Both the position numbers and the translations under genes were made by a program. 64,000 nt of DNA, taken from assembly GCA_045106815.1 (NCBI GenBank), contig JBGCFG010000005.1, positions 30,507 through 94,506 on the forward strand, given 5' to 3'. The notes under the pieces were generated by a model. That model saw only the letters and a program-made list of their open reading frames with translations, did not search any database and was not told the origin of the DNA. Origin of the DNA: Burkholderiaceae bacterium (GTDB taxonomy: Bacteria > Pseudomonadota > Gammaproteobacteria > Burkholderiales > Burkholderiaceae_E). This document shows, piece after piece, positions 37,433 to 47,616 of the stretch; position 1 is the first letter of the stretch; every line of letters starts with the position of its first letter.

Positions 37433-39628
37433 ATGGCTTTAGCTCTCGAAATCACCCAACCCGATCAAAGTATTGTCAGCAAACCGCTGGCGTCAGGTGC
37501 AGCTAAGTACGTTGCCCAGGCTGGCGAGAAATTTCGGATCGTGGATGAGAACGGGCAGCCAATAGATGGCATCACGGCCATTCGAGAGGGCCAAAACCTA
37601 GTTCTTCATGGACTGCCGGAAACCGACAAACTAGAGCTAACCGATTTTTTTGAGCATTGTGAAAACGATGATCAAACCTGTGTGCTGACGATGCCAGATG
37701 GACAAGTCATCAACGCGTCTCATGATGCGCCCCTGCTCATCGCGCAAAGCAGCTCTGCAACCAAAACCGATGCCACAGCAACAACACCGTCAGTGACGGT
37801 CGAAGAAGCAGCGGGTAACCCGGCGATGGAGACAAGCACCATTGCCCTGGGCGCGATAGGTGGCTTGCTGGTAGCGGGCGGCTTGAGCAGCGGCGGCAGC
37901 GATGACCCTGCGCCGATAGACAACACACCCCCAGCGACCACTGCGCCTGCCGCTTCGCTTGAGGGCAGTGATCTCACCCTCACCGCTGCTGAAGCCGCGA
38001 ATGGCGTCACGGTTAACGGTACCGCCGAACCCAACAGCGTGATCGTAGTGATGATTGGTGATGTCTCGGTTGAAACGGTCGCTGATGGAAACGGTCAATA
38101 CACGGCGACGGTTGATGGTGCCTCCCTGCCTGCGGACGGGACCTATCCTGTCACGGTGACGTCCAGCGGACCAGGCGGCAACAGCGCGCCGGAGACCACA
38201 TCCATTGGCGAAGTCACGATAGATACCGCGTCAGGCGGCAACCTTGCAGTCACCGATGCAGCGGCAACCACCTTGAGTGGCTTTGCTGGCGATGATGTGC
38301 TCGTTGGTGGTAACTCGGTCAGCGTCGCTAACGGTGACTTCAATACATGGGATCTCACAGGTTACAACTCGGACGGCAACCTCAACAGCACAGCCTCTGG
38401 GCTTGTCTATGACCCAACGACAGCTGTGACGCCAGACAGCTCCATTCAAATCGATACTGTGCCGGGTAACCCTGGACAACCTAATATTGGCTGGTCGATA
38501 TTGGCTGACCAAGACCCCGGCGGCAACGCACCCCTCACGGGGCTGGGCGATGTCGGGCGCAATGGATTTGAAGACGGTACCTCGGGTAACTCGCGCAACT
38601 TCGCAAGAATTGAACTCATCACCGATGATGTGAATCCAGGAAGCTACCTGTGGGAAACCGTGACCTCGAATGAAAGCGGTGGCGGTGGCCTGACCCAAAC
38701 CCTGGACACCATCGCCGGTCAGGACTACACGCTGAGCATGGATGTTGTGTCACCCACCAGCACGGGTCGACCGAGCGACAGCCATCAAACAGCGGGCACA
38801 TCTATCGAAGTGCGCTGGGGCAATGAAACGATCGCCTTTTTTGATGCGACCGCTAATAGTGATGTCGGCGCCTGGGTGACCACAGGCGGGCTGGTTGCGC
38901 CTACTGTTGAAGGCGGCACCTGGACGTTTTCCAATTTGACTGCTGATGCAACTCAGACCGAGTTAAGCCTCATTGCCTATGAACGCTATGGCGACAGGAG
39001 CAACGCGTTTAACGATGGTGTTGGACTTCGAATCGGTAATGTTTCGGTGACCGGGGCCGCCGGGGCGGCTGACCAGATCATTAGCGGTGGGGCCGGTAGC
39101 GATTTGATCTACGGACAAGACGGTAACGACGTACTCTATGGCGGAACGGCTAGTACCCCCGACACTGCAACCGATGTCTTCGTGTTCAGCATGCAAATGG
39201 ACAATGGCACCAACACGATCGCCGACTTCGATGTCAACGCTGACCGCATCACACTGGTTGATGTCCGGGATGTTGATTCGACCGGCACCCTGTTGCCCGG
39301 CGATACCCGCAGCTTTACCGATGACGTGGGTGGCACGGAGGGCGCAGACGGTACTGCGACGGGCGAGTCCCTTACCAACACCAACAACATCAACGTGAAC
39401 GACTTACTCGCAAGCGGCGAGCAATCGATTTCTGTGGCTGAAAGTGGTGGCAACACCGTGTTGACCATGACAGGGGAAGGCGGCGCAGACCTGGGCAGTG
39501 TGACCCTCACGGGTGTGACAGGTCAGGTCGGTGCAGACGACTCAGCCTCATTGAATAATCTGATCAATGCCGGCTTACTCACATTCACGTCAGACCCATT
39601 CAGCAACCAGTTGCAGGCGACCGTTTAA
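37433..39628 (+). CDS. Secreted RTX/T1SS-type repeat protein with Ig-like and lectin-like beta-sandwich regions
   Basis: There is no Sec signal. The N-terminal region resembles an adhesin prefix (AKYVAQAGEKFRIVDENGQPIDGITAIREGQNLVL) and is followed by Ig-like T/V/G-rich segments. Two GGxGxD nonapeptides are present (GGAGSDLIYGQDGNDVLYGG). The C-terminal TIADFDVNADRITLVD segment resembles the type I secretion target domain. Confidence 0.65.
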   Translation: MALALEITQPDQSIVSKPLASGAAKYVAQAGEKFRIVDENGQPIDGITAIREGQNLVLHGLPETDKLELTDFFEHCENDDQTCVLTMPDGQVINASHDAPLLIAQSSSATKTDATATTPSVTVEEAAGNPAMETSTIALGAIGGLLVAGGLSSGGSDDPAPIDNTPPATTAPAASLEGSDLTLTAAEAANGVTVNGTAEPNSVIVVMIGDVSVETVADGNGQYTATVDGASLPADGTYPVTVTSSGPGGNSAPETTSIGEVTIDTASGGNLAVTDAAATTLSGFAGDDVLVGGNSVSVANGDFNTWDLTGYNSDGNLNSTASGLVYDPTTAVTPDSSIQIDTVPGNPGQPNIGWSILADQDPGGNAPLTGLGDVGRNGFEDGTSGNSRNFARIELITDDVNPGSYLWETVTSNESGGGGLTQTLDTIAGQDYTLSMDVVSPTSTGRPSDSHQTAGTSIEVRWGNETIAFFDATANSDVGAWVTTGGLVAPTVEGGTWTFSNLTADATQTELSLIAYERYGDRSNAFNDGVGLRIGNVSVTGAAGAADQIISGGAGSDLIYGQDGNDVLYGGTASTPDTATDVFVFSMQMDNGTNTIADFDVNADRITLVDVRDVDSTGTLLPGDTRSFTDDVGGTEGADGTATGESLTNTNNINVNDLLASGEQSISVAESGGNTVLTMTGEGGADLGSVTLTGVTGQVGADDSASLNNLINAGLLTFTSDPFSNQLQATV

Positions 39629-39663
39629 CCTAACTGACGGGTCAGCAGCCATTGGCAAAAAAA

Positions 39664-39692
39664 ATGCTCGCATCCCTGCGAGCATTTTTTTC
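39664..39692. terminator. Bidirectional rho-independent terminator
   Basis: AAAAAAA-ATGCTCGCA-tccc-TGCGAGCAT-TTTTTTT lies between the convergent RTX gene and ntrX. Confidence 0.85.
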
Positions 39693-39718
39693 GTCTGATT
39701 CGCGTTTGGCTAACGCAA

Positions 39719-40531
39719 CTAACCGCCGCGATTGCGATAGGCGCCGCGCGCTAAATCAATCCCCAGCTGCTTAAGCTTTCGGTATAGGTGAGTTCGCTCA
39801 AGCCCTGTTTTTTCTGCCACCCGGGTCATCGAGCCATGTTCACGCGTGAGGTGATGCTCAAAATAAACCCGTTCAAAAGCATCTCGCGCTTCGCGTAGCG
39901 GTATATCCAGCGGCAAATCAAATGCCGCCACAAACCCTGGCCGGCTGTGCGGCAGGTTGGGGTTACCGTAACCATGTTCAACACCTTGCGGATGATAGGT
40001 CTGAACATTCATGTTGCCCCCCGCTGGCGCTGATGCCACTGGCGCAGCCTGAACCGGCCGGGCGGGTGCAGCATTGGCATTGGCGGCAGCCGCCGCCGCG
40101 GCTGGGTTGGCCTGCGGATACGGCCGGGTATACATGCCGTTGGCGATCGCAGCAGGGTTGGGTGCCCGGTTCCGCTGCAGCCCCGACTCCACAGCAGACA
40201 AGAGCTTCTGCAGCGTAATGGGCTTCTCAAGAAAATCGAGTGCGCCAATACGGGTGGCCTCAACCGCGGTGTCGATCGTGGCATGCCCCGACATCATGAT
40301 CACCGGCATTGTGAGCTGGCCAGAGGTTGCCCATTCTTTGAGCAGTGTCACGCCATCAGTGTCGGGCATCCAGATGTCTAGAAGTACGAGATCTACCTGG
40401 CTCTTTTCGCGGATTTCGCGTGCCTGGGTAGCACTGTCCGCCAACAGCACCACATGACCTTCATCTCCGAGTATTTCAGAGAGCAGCTCACGGATACCGA
40501 TTTCGTCGTCGACTACGAGTATCTCCGCCAT
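39719..40531 (-). CDS. ntrX: NtrX-like response regulator lacking the AAA+ sigma54-activation domain
   Basis: A REC domain (ILVVDDE...DLVLLDIWMPDTDG...FLEKP) and a Fis-type HTH (GSMTRVAEKTGLERTHLYRKLKQLGI) are joined by about 95 aa of Pro/Ala/Asn-rich low-complexity sequence. The total length is only 270 aa. Confidence 0.8.
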   Translation of the reverse strand: MAEILVVDDEIGIRELLSEILGDEGHVVLLADSATQAREIREKSQVDLVLLDIWMPDTDGVTLLKEWATSGQLTMPVIMMSGHATIDTAVEATRIGALDFLEKPITLQKLLSAVESGLQRNRAPNPAAIANGMYTRPYPQANPAAAAAAANANAAPARPVQAAPVASAPAGGNMNVQTYHPQGVEHGYGNPNLPHSRPGFVAAFDLPLDIPLREARDAFERVYFEHHLTREHGSMTRVAEKTGLERTHLYRKLKQLGIDLARGAYRNRGG

Positions 40532-40536
40532 GAATC

Positions 40537-42909
40537 CTATGCGTTTGTTTCTCGCGATTGCAGTGGTACGGGATTGTCCACGCTTTTAGCGAGTTTGGAA
40601 AATACGATGGCAACCTGGGCCCCTTGGCCGGTCGTGCCGGTGTCCTTGTCTGCTGCCGAAACCATTACAGGATCGCCGCCAGCATCTTGTGGATTATTTA
40701 AATTAGCTACTTCGATTCTAGCCCCATGTTCGTCTGCAATTTTTTTGACAATTGCAAGACCCAATCCGGTTCCCCTGGCCTTGCCGGTCACATACGGTTC
40801 GAACAAACGACCCAGCAGGGCTTTGGGGAAGCCCGGACCATTGTCGCGCACGGTCAATCGGATGGCTGCCTGCCCGCCGCCAGTGGTCATTGGTTCGGTT
40901 GTCACGATCACGCTTGCGTGCTCCGATTGCTCAGTCGCTTCCAGTGCATTCTTTATCAGATTGTGTATCAATTGTCGCAACTGCGTACGATCACCCATAA
41001 CGGCGGCCAAATCCTGGCCTAGCCGGCTCTTGGGTTTGGCTCGGCCCTGAGCCTCGGTTTGATAAAGCGTCAAGACATCTTCGATCAGGCTGTTGAGATC
41101 AAGAGGCTCCAGATTGGCGGCTGGCAGACGAGCATAGTCCCTGAATTCATCCACCATTTCTTTAAGCGCGCCCACCTGATTGACGATGGTGGTGGCGCTG
41201 CGCTCAAGCAGGCTACCGTCGGCCTCATCAGCTAGCTTGGGCTTCAGTTTAAGCAGCATGCGCTCGGCGGACAGCTGGATCGGCGTGAGTGGATTCTTGA
41301 TTTCGTGGGCCATTCGCCTGGCCACCTCAGCCCACGTATTGGCGCGTTGAGCGGATATCAGTTCGGTAATCTCATCAAAAACGATGACATACCCCACCCG
41401 CCTCTCAGGCAATATTGAGCCCCGAGCGACGATCGTGGTGTCGGCTTTAAGATTGACACCAGGCACATCTCCCTGGCCAATGATCGGCTCTGGCGGACGT
41501 GAGTGGAGGGTGAACTGTCGCTGCCAGCTCGCATCTCCGGCCTCGGCCTGATCGCTAAACGCCTGGCGAATGTCATCGGCAATCTCAGCCAGTGGCTCAA
41601 TCAGCGCGATAGGTTCATCCAGATGCTCAAACGTGCTGATGCCCAGCACGCGCTCAGCCCCTTGATTGGCGAGGGTCAGGCGAAACTCTGAATCCAGCAC
41701 CAGCACTCCCGCAGTCAGGTTCGACAGCACGCTTTCCAATCGGGCGTTCACTTGTTCAAGTTCATGCTGGTTGCGATCAACCATCATGCGAGCTTCTTCG
41801 AGTTGGCGGGTCATGGCATTAAATGACTGCGTTAAAACGCCAAGCTCACTGCGGCCGGAATAGTCTTTAACCGGTCGAAAGTCACCCTCGGCAACAGCGC
41901 GCGTGCCTGCCGCCAACATCGAGAGTGGGCCCGTTAACCAGCCTGACAGCAAAAACGCCGAGGCGATTGCCGCGAATGCGGTGAGGATGAAGATCAGCGT
42001 TAATGTCACGCGAAACAACTGCTTCAGCGCTGAGCGCGATTCCAGCAATTGCAAATAGCCTGCTCGGCCCTGCGCAATCGCATCGGCACTTTCAGCAAGA
42101 GCACTTGGTACCGGTTGCAATAGTTGCAGAAAATGCGAGCCGTCCGCGCGTCCGCTCACCCGGCCTATGGGCACGATCACCCGTAGCTTGAGAGAAGCAT
42201 CTCCGCGGTTGGGGTCTCCCGTTTCATACTCGCCGTAGACACCCGTCATGCGGGCACGCGTGAGCTGCACCTCTTCAGGCAGATCAGGCACCAGTGGATC
42301 AAAGCGACTCCCCTCTGAAACCACGATCCGACCACGCGAGGTCACGATGGCGGCGGAGGGCACCGCGTTCTGCGCTCGCAACCGTGACAGCCGGGAAGGC
42401 CAGAGCTGCGGATTGGAGAAGTCGAGCTCTGCCGCCATAGCACGCGCTTTTGCCTGGGTATCATCGCGAATATTGTCCATCGCCGCGCGCCCCATCGTCA
42501 GGCCAGACTCAAGCGCTCTGCCCAAAGGCACATCAAACCAGGACTCAATAGAGCGCCCGACAAATGCAACAGCAACCAGGTAAATAAGTAACACGGGCAG
42601 CAGGGTCATCAGGCTGAAAGACAGTGCCATACGCGCCATCAGACGAGTGCCAAACAAGCCCCTACGATAACGCTGCACCAGTCGGCGGAGCAATTCAAGG
42701 ACGAGCACAAACAGCCCTGCTGCCACTCCCACAGTGAGCCAGAACAGCAGCGAATACGCTTGCTGAAAATACTGCGTGTTGGCAGTCGCCGTCGCGAGGA
42801 GCGCGAGCAGCACCATAGCCAGCGCTGCAGCGCCGATCAGGGCAACTCGCAGTAAGCGGCCTACGGCAGCTTTGTCGGTGTCCCTGGGGTCACCTTGAAG
42901 CGCATCCAT
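40537..42909 (-). CDS. ntrY: NtrY-like sensor histidine kinase
   Basis: The order is TM segments, HAMP, PAS, HisKA (AHEIKNPLTPIQLSAERM) and HATPase (DNGPGF...GTGLGLAIVKKI). The gene lies immediately upstream of ntrX. The ATG at 42909 overlaps the preceding gene by 49 nt. Confidence 0.85.
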   Translation of the reverse strand: MDALQGDPRDTDKAAVGRLLRVALIGAAALAMVLLALLATATANTQYFQQAYSLLFWLTVGVAAGLFVLVLELLRRLVQRYRRGLFGTRLMARMALSFSLMTLLPVLLIYLVAVAFVGRSIESWFDVPLGRALESGLTMGRAAMDNIRDDTQAKARAMAAELDFSNPQLWPSRLSRLRAQNAVPSAAIVTSRGRIVVSEGSRFDPLVPDLPEEVQLTRARMTGVYGEYETGDPNRGDASLKLRVIVPIGRVSGRADGSHFLQLLQPVPSALAESADAIAQGRAGYLQLLESRSALKQLFRVTLTLIFILTAFAAIASAFLLSGWLTGPLSMLAAGTRAVAEGDFRPVKDYSGRSELGVLTQSFNAMTRQLEEARMMVDRNQHELEQVNARLESVLSNLTAGVLVLDSEFRLTLANQGAERVLGISTFEHLDEPIALIEPLAEIADDIRQAFSDQAEAGDASWQRQFTLHSRPPEPIIGQGDVPGVNLKADTTIVARGSILPERRVGYVIVFDEITELISAQRANTWAEVARRMAHEIKNPLTPIQLSAERMLLKLKPKLADEADGSLLERSATTIVNQVGALKEMVDEFRDYARLPAANLEPLDLNSLIEDVLTLYQTEAQGRAKPKSRLGQDLAAVMGDRTQLRQLIHNLIKNALEATEQSEHASVIVTTEPMTTGGGQAAIRLTVRDNGPGFPKALLGRLFEPYVTGKARGTGLGLAIVKKIADEHGARIEVANLNNPQDAGGDPVMVSAADKDTGTTGQGAQVAIVFSKLAKSVDNPVPLQSRETNA

Positions 42910-43445
42910 GGTGCGTCTAGATTCCAGTCTTGGTTAGTCAATACGTCGATTTGTAGTGGCCCGGGTAGCCGGCTCGAATCGAGCCTCATCCTGAGCGCAG
43001 CGTCATAGGTCTGATCCGGGTCGAGCGGAACACCTTGCAGGACCGACCAGCCTCTGATTCGGGAAAGCGATGCAATCGCATCTTCGACTGCAACAAACTC
43101 CTGCGGATAACCAGAGCGGGTCAATCGGTACCGGCGTGTGATGGGATGATAGGCCAGCCGATAATTCTGCGATTGCGCTGTCATCTGCTTGTCCGTCCAA
43201 TACCAGCGGGATTCGCTTAGTTCGAACTCAACAACGAAATAGATCGGCACACCCACATCGAGCACGTCTTTGATGCGTGCTGAAAGGGGCAAATAGAAGT
43301 CGGCCGAAAGCTGCCAACCCACGCCATCGGCCGCCGGCTGCATTTGCACGGTCGTGACTTCGATGCTGTTCGCTGCACGGGCGTCGCGCTCCGCTGTTGC
43401 CAGCGCGACGGTTACCGCCAGCGCCAGGAAGAGACGGGCGATCAC
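42861..43445 (-). CDS. DUF4390-family periplasmic protein
   Basis: It has a signal peptide (MIARLFLALAVTVALATA). Its conserved position between rsmB and ntrY is what I recall for Burkholderiales. Confidence 0.55.
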   Translation of the reverse strand: MIARLFLALAVTVALATAERDARAANSIEVTTVQMQPAADGVGWQLSADFYLPLSARIKDVLDVGVPIYFVVEFELSESRWYWTDKQMTAQSQNYRLAYHPITRRYRLTRSGYPQEFVAVEDAIASLSRIRGWSVLQGVPLDPDQTYDAALRMRLDSSRLPGPLQIDVLTNQDWNLDAPWMRFKVTPGTPTKLP

Positions 43446-44815
43446 ACCAACTTTTCAATAAGCGCGTAGAAGAAGCCATCGTGATCGAGCCGCGGCCCTT
43501 GATGCGGCAGCAGCTGATCGATTGGCGAGACGTCGCCCGAAAGGCCAAGACACCCCATTAGGGGGACCCGACGCGCTGTTGGTTCTGCATTCAAGAAGTG
43601 GTTAGCTACTCCCTCCCCCTCTGCACAGAACACCGAGCACGTGACATAAAGCAATTTACCACCGGGCTTGAGCGTGGGCCAAAGTCCAGCGAGGATTTTG
43701 GTTTGTATCGCTCCAAGTGTCTCGATATCGCGACGCTGACGCAGCCAGCGGATCTCCGGATGCCGTCTGACGATCCCAGAAGCTGTGCAAGGGGCATCCA
43801 CCAGAATCCGGTCGAATGGCTGCCCGTCCCACCAGTCAGCGGGCCTGGCGGCATCACCAACGCGGCAAACAGCATGGTCACTCAAACCCAAGCGATCGAG
43901 ATTCTGGGCAACCCGATCAAGTCGTGATGCATCACTATCCAATGCCAGCAAAGGCGCCGAGGCGGGATCTGCCTCATTTGGGTTATGCGCAGCAATGCGT
44001 TGCTCAAGTATGTGAGCCGTCTTGCCACCGGGCGCTGCGCACGCGTCGAGCACCCGATCGCCTGCCTGCACATTTAGGAGGGGAGCCGCCAACTGAGCGC
44101 CAGCATCCTGAACCGACACCATGCCGCTTTCAAATCCGGGCAGACGTTGAACATCTACCGCCTGCTCTAGCCGCACGGCCAGGGGGCCGATTGCTTGCCC
44201 ACTAAGACCGACACTCTCAAGCTGGGCCAGATACTTCTCGACACTGGTTTGCAGCGCATTAACGCGCAAGGTCAGTGGACCTGGCTGGTCAGATATCTCG
44301 AGCACCTGCTGCCAGCGCGTTGGGTACTGCTTTTGTAGTTGCTCAATCCACCAGCGCGGAAAATTCCAACGCGCCTCGGGTATCTTGCCAGTGCTGTTAA
44401 TAAGCACCGCCTGCTCACGCAGAAAACGCCGCAGCACGGCATTGATCAAACCGCCGGCGGGCCGGGTAGCAGACATCAGCCGCGCAGCAGACACCGCCTG
44501 ATCTACAACAACATGCACTTCGCGCATTGGCCAGACTATTTGCTCCAGAGCAACCAGTTGCAAAGCCAGTACAGAAGGCTGAGGCGTTTTACGATTCAAC
44601 TTGCCAAGGATTTCGCGTAGCCGGCCCAAACGTCTAATCGTTTGATAGGCCATATCGCGAATCGCAGCGCGCGACTTGCCGGGCACTGCCGCTCTGCGCT
44701 GACTATCAAGGGCAAGCGGCTCCTCAGGCAGTGTGTGACCAAGCAATACTTGCTCAACAGAACGGGCTGCGTGAGCTATTTCATGCGCAAGCGCCAGTCG
44801 GTTTTGATCAGTCAA
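43442..44815 (-). CDS. rsmB: 16S rRNA (cytosine967-C5)-methyltransferase
   Basis: An N-terminal NusB-like domain is followed by a SAM methyltransferase core (VLDACAAPGGKT, DRILVDAPCTASG, LLYVTCS). The gene lies downstream of fmt/def, as in many proteobacteria. Confidence 0.85.
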   Translation of the reverse strand: MTDQNRLALAHEIAHAARSVEQVLLGHTLPEEPLALDSQRRAAVPGKSRAAIRDMAYQTIRRLGRLREILGKLNRKTPQPSVLALQLVALEQIVWPMREVHVVVDQAVSAARLMSATRPAGGLINAVLRRFLREQAVLINSTGKIPEARWNFPRWWIEQLQKQYPTRWQQVLEISDQPGPLTLRVNALQTSVEKYLAQLESVGLSGQAIGPLAVRLEQAVDVQRLPGFESGMVSVQDAGAQLAAPLLNVQAGDRVLDACAAPGGKTAHILEQRIAAHNPNEADPASAPLLALDSDASRLDRVAQNLDRLGLSDHAVCRVGDAARPADWWDGQPFDRILVDAPCTASGIVRRHPEIRWLRQRRDIETLGAIQTKILAGLWPTLKPGGKLLYVTCSVFCAEGEGVANHFLNAEPTARRVPLMGCLGLSGDVSPIDQLLPHQGPRLDHDGFFYALIEKLV

Positions 44816-44821
44816 TTCGCA

Positions 44822-45667
44822 CTACCGCCCAACCATCGCCAGTAAGCGACGAATGCGTTCCTCGGTTGCCGGATGGGTTGAAAACAATCCCCGTAAACCA
44901 CCGCCTGATAGCGGGTTCATGATCATCATCTGGGCCGTTTCCGGATGCCGCTCGGCTGCTTCCAGCGGAATCCCTTTCGCATATCGATCGATTTTTTCAA
45001 GCGCGGTGGCGAGCGCTTGAGGATCACCACTGATCTCTCCGCCCATGCGATCAGCTTCATATTCGCGCGAGCGCGAGATCGCCATTTGAATCACCATCGC
45101 GGCCATCGGGGCGAGCAGTGCGATCAAGATCGACACAATGGGATTTGCCGATCGACCGTCGCCACCGCGCCCGCCAAAGAACATCGCAAAGTTAGCCAGC
45201 GCAGAAATGGCGCCGGCCATCGTGGCTGAAATAGTGGAGGTCAGGATATCGCGGTTTTTCACGTGCGCTAGTTCATGCGCCATAACGCCTCGCAACTCTC
45301 GCTCGGTCAGGATTTCGAGAATGCCAGTGGTCGCCGCGACAGCTGCGTTATCTGGGTTCCGGCCCGTTGCAAACGCGTTGGGCGCGTTCTCCTGAATGAG
45401 ATAGACCTTGGGCATTGGCAGGTTTGCCCGCTGTGCCAAATCCTGGACCATGCGATAAAACTGCGGCGCTGAGCTCTCGTCAACCGCTTGCGCGTTGTAC
45501 ATCCGCAAGACCATCTTGTCCGAGTTCCAGTAAGCCCAAATATTGCCAATACCGGCAAATGCCAGCGCTAGCAGCATGCCCTGCTGGCCACCAATCATGG
45601 CGCCAAGCACACCAAACAGGCCCACAATGCCTGCCATTAACAGCCCGGTTTTAAACCAATTGAACAT
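44822..45667 (-). CDS. htpX: Zinc metalloprotease HtpX
   Basis: [13 protein letters not shown]... has the HELAHV zinc motif, four TM segments and a C-terminal EYEADR motif. The ATG at 45667 was preferred over the longer track ORF. Confidence 0.9.
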   Translation of the reverse strand: MFNWFKTGLLMAGIVGLFGVLGAMIGGQQGMLLALAFAGIGNIWAYWNSDKMVLRMYNAQAVDESSAPQFYRMVQDLAQRANLPMPKVYLIQENAPNAFATGRNPDNAAVAATTGILEILTERELRGVMAHELAHVKNRDILTSTISATMAGAISALANFAMFFGGRGGDGRSANPIVSILIALLAPMAAMVIQMAISRSREYEADRMGGEISGDPQALATALEKIDRYAKGIPLEAAERHPETAQMMIMNPLSGGGLRGLFSTHPATEERIRRLLAMVGR

Positions 45668-45772
45668 TCTTAAACTCCTCAGACAAGACCGGCGCAGCCA
45701 CATAGAGAATTGCTGCACCCCACTGTAGATGGGGGCTTGCACCAATCAGGCAAGTGGCCAGAGACGGCAAGC

Positions 45773-46747
45773 TCACTGACCTGCAATACCAAACTGCTGA
45801 CCCGTCACAATTGGGGCTTGTGCCTGCTGAAACGCCTCAATAGGGATTCTCTTGCCGCCCGGCCGTTGCACCTCGAGCAGTTGTAACCCTGCGTCATCGC
45901 CGCAGGCAACGATTAGTTGGCTTCGGTCGCCGAGCAAGACGCGACCGGGTGATCCTGTCAGATGCCTGCTTCGCAACTCATCCGCTGGTATCAATGCCGA
46001 TCGCCAGACTTTTATTGGCGCGGCGTCTGGCGTCGCCAAACTGACTGTGGTGCCAGGGCTGGGATCAAATGCTCTTATCCGATCATGCAGAACCTTCGCT
46101 GGCTTCGTGAAATCAAGCGCCCGTTCTGCAGGCGTGATCTTGTGCGCATAGCTAACACCGGCTTCTGGTTGAGCCGTAGCTATTAGAGCGTCCGACTCAA
46201 GTCCATCGAGTGCTTCGATAATCGCCAACGCCCCGAGTTTAGTCAGTGTTTCCAAAAGCTGACCGCCTGAGTCATCAGGACCAATTCGACAAGTCTTTTC
46301 TAACCAGACCGGCCCAGTGTCGAGGCCCGCTTCCATCTGCATAATGCAAACACCACTCGCGGTATCCCCGGCCTCAATGGCCCGCTGAATCGGCGCGGCG
46401 CCACGCCACCGTGGCAACAGAGACGCATGAATATTCAGGCATCCGTACGCGGGCAGCCCTAACAAGCCCTCTGGCAAAATTAGCCCGTAGGCCGCGACAA
46501 TCATGGCATCGAGGCCACTCTGGCGAATTGGTTCCCAAGTGTTCGGGTCTTTCAGGCTGGTGGGCTGAAAGACGGGCAGCCCATGGTGCAGGGCGACGGT
46601 CTTGACAGCACTGGCGCGCATCCTTTTGCCTCTGCCCGCCGGTCGGTCAGGTTGGGTCAGGACCAACTCGACCTGATGCCGCGATGCAATGAGCGCTTCC
46701 AGCGCGCGAGCCGCGAATGCCGGCGTCCCAGCAAATGCAAGCCGCAT
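45773..46747 (-). CDS. fmt: Methionyl-tRNA formyltransferase
   Basis: MRLAFAGTPAFAARAL...NIHASLLPRWRGAAPIQRAI is followed by a C-terminal tRNA-binding domain. The gene is adjacent to def. Confidence 0.92.
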   Translation of the reverse strand: MRLAFAGTPAFAARALEALIASRHQVELVLTQPDRPAGRGKRMRASAVKTVALHHGLPVFQPTSLKDPNTWEPIRQSGLDAMIVAAYGLILPEGLLGLPAYGCLNIHASLLPRWRGAAPIQRAIEAGDTASGVCIMQMEAGLDTGPVWLEKTCRIGPDDSGGQLLETLTKLGALAIIEALDGLESDALIATAQPEAGVSYAHKITPAERALDFTKPAKVLHDRIRAFDPSPGTTVSLATPDAAPIKVWRSALIPADELRSRHLTGSPGRVLLGDRSQLIVACGDDAGLQLLEVQRPGGKRIPIEAFQQAQAPIVTGQQFGIAGQ

Positions 46748-46762
46748 CAGTAGCGCCGCTGA

Positions 46763-47269
46763 CTAGGCGCCTTGGCGCTCAAGCTTGACCATTTTGGATT
46801 TAATGCGGCTCTGTTTCAGCCGCGACAAATACTGAACAAACACCTTGCCTTCCAGATGATCCATTTCGTGCTGGATACAAACGGCCAAAATGCCTGTACA
46901 AAGCTTTTCGTAGGGTTCCCCTTCACGATTAAGGGCTCGAATCGTGACTGAATCCGGACGTTCGACGGTTTCATATATGCCCGGTACTGACAGACAGCCT
47001 TCCTCGTGGTCTGTTACCTCGGCGGAAGACGTCACGATCTCCGGGTTGATGAACACCTCTAAATCAGATTTATCGTCTGAAACATCAATCACAATGACGC
47101 GTTCGTGCACATTTACCTGGGTTGCTGCCAATCCGATGCCGGGCGCTTCGTACATCGTTTGAGCCATGTCATCGACCAATTGACGAATGCGATCGTCCAC
47201 ATTGGCGACCGGTTGTGCCACCAGGTGCAATCGGGGATCGGGGTATTTGAGGATCTCTAGTACGGCCAT
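46763..47269 (-). CDS. def: Peptide deformylase
   Basis: All three PDF motifs are present: [17 protein letters not shown] and HEMDHLEG. Confidence 0.95.
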   Translation of the reverse strand: MAVLEILKYPDPRLHLVAQPVANVDDRIRQLVDDMAQTMYEAPGIGLAATQVNVHERVIVIDVSDDKSDLEVFINPEIVTSSAEVTDHEEGCLSVPGIYETVERPDSVTIRALNREGEPYEKLCTGILAVCIQHEMDHLEGKVFVQYLSRLKQSRIKSKMVKLERQGA

Positions 47270-47616
47270 CGGTGCAGAGCGACCGTCTGGCGGGCCGCTG
47301 TATCAGATAAATCGTTAAAAAACAATAGCTTACGCGGGTTTTACTGGGCTCGGCCGGGTGCTGTTAGCAACGTGAGGGGGTCCAAACCGGGCAATTTCGG
47401 TTGACAATTGAACCTGTTGAATGAAGGCAGAACTTGACCCGAACCCGATTCTAAATGCCTGTCAGCGCGTCATTGAATAAGCATTGGTGCCAAGACCAAG
47501 TTTTTCAACCGGCGCAGTGACCAGGTCAGGACACAACAGAAACCGGAGCAAGGTGACCAAGCGCCAGACACGACATTTTTGCCTGTCTGATGCAGGCGCC
47601 GAAGTGACTATCCGCT

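Noticed and set aside
42861-42909. The 49-nt overlap between the DUF4390 gene and ntrY as a sign of a frameshift or fusion.
   Set aside because: Both frames are intact and each has a sensible N-terminus. The next in-frame ATG in ntrY would delete its first TM helix. The overlap is most simply ordinary translational coupling or a slightly mis-set start.
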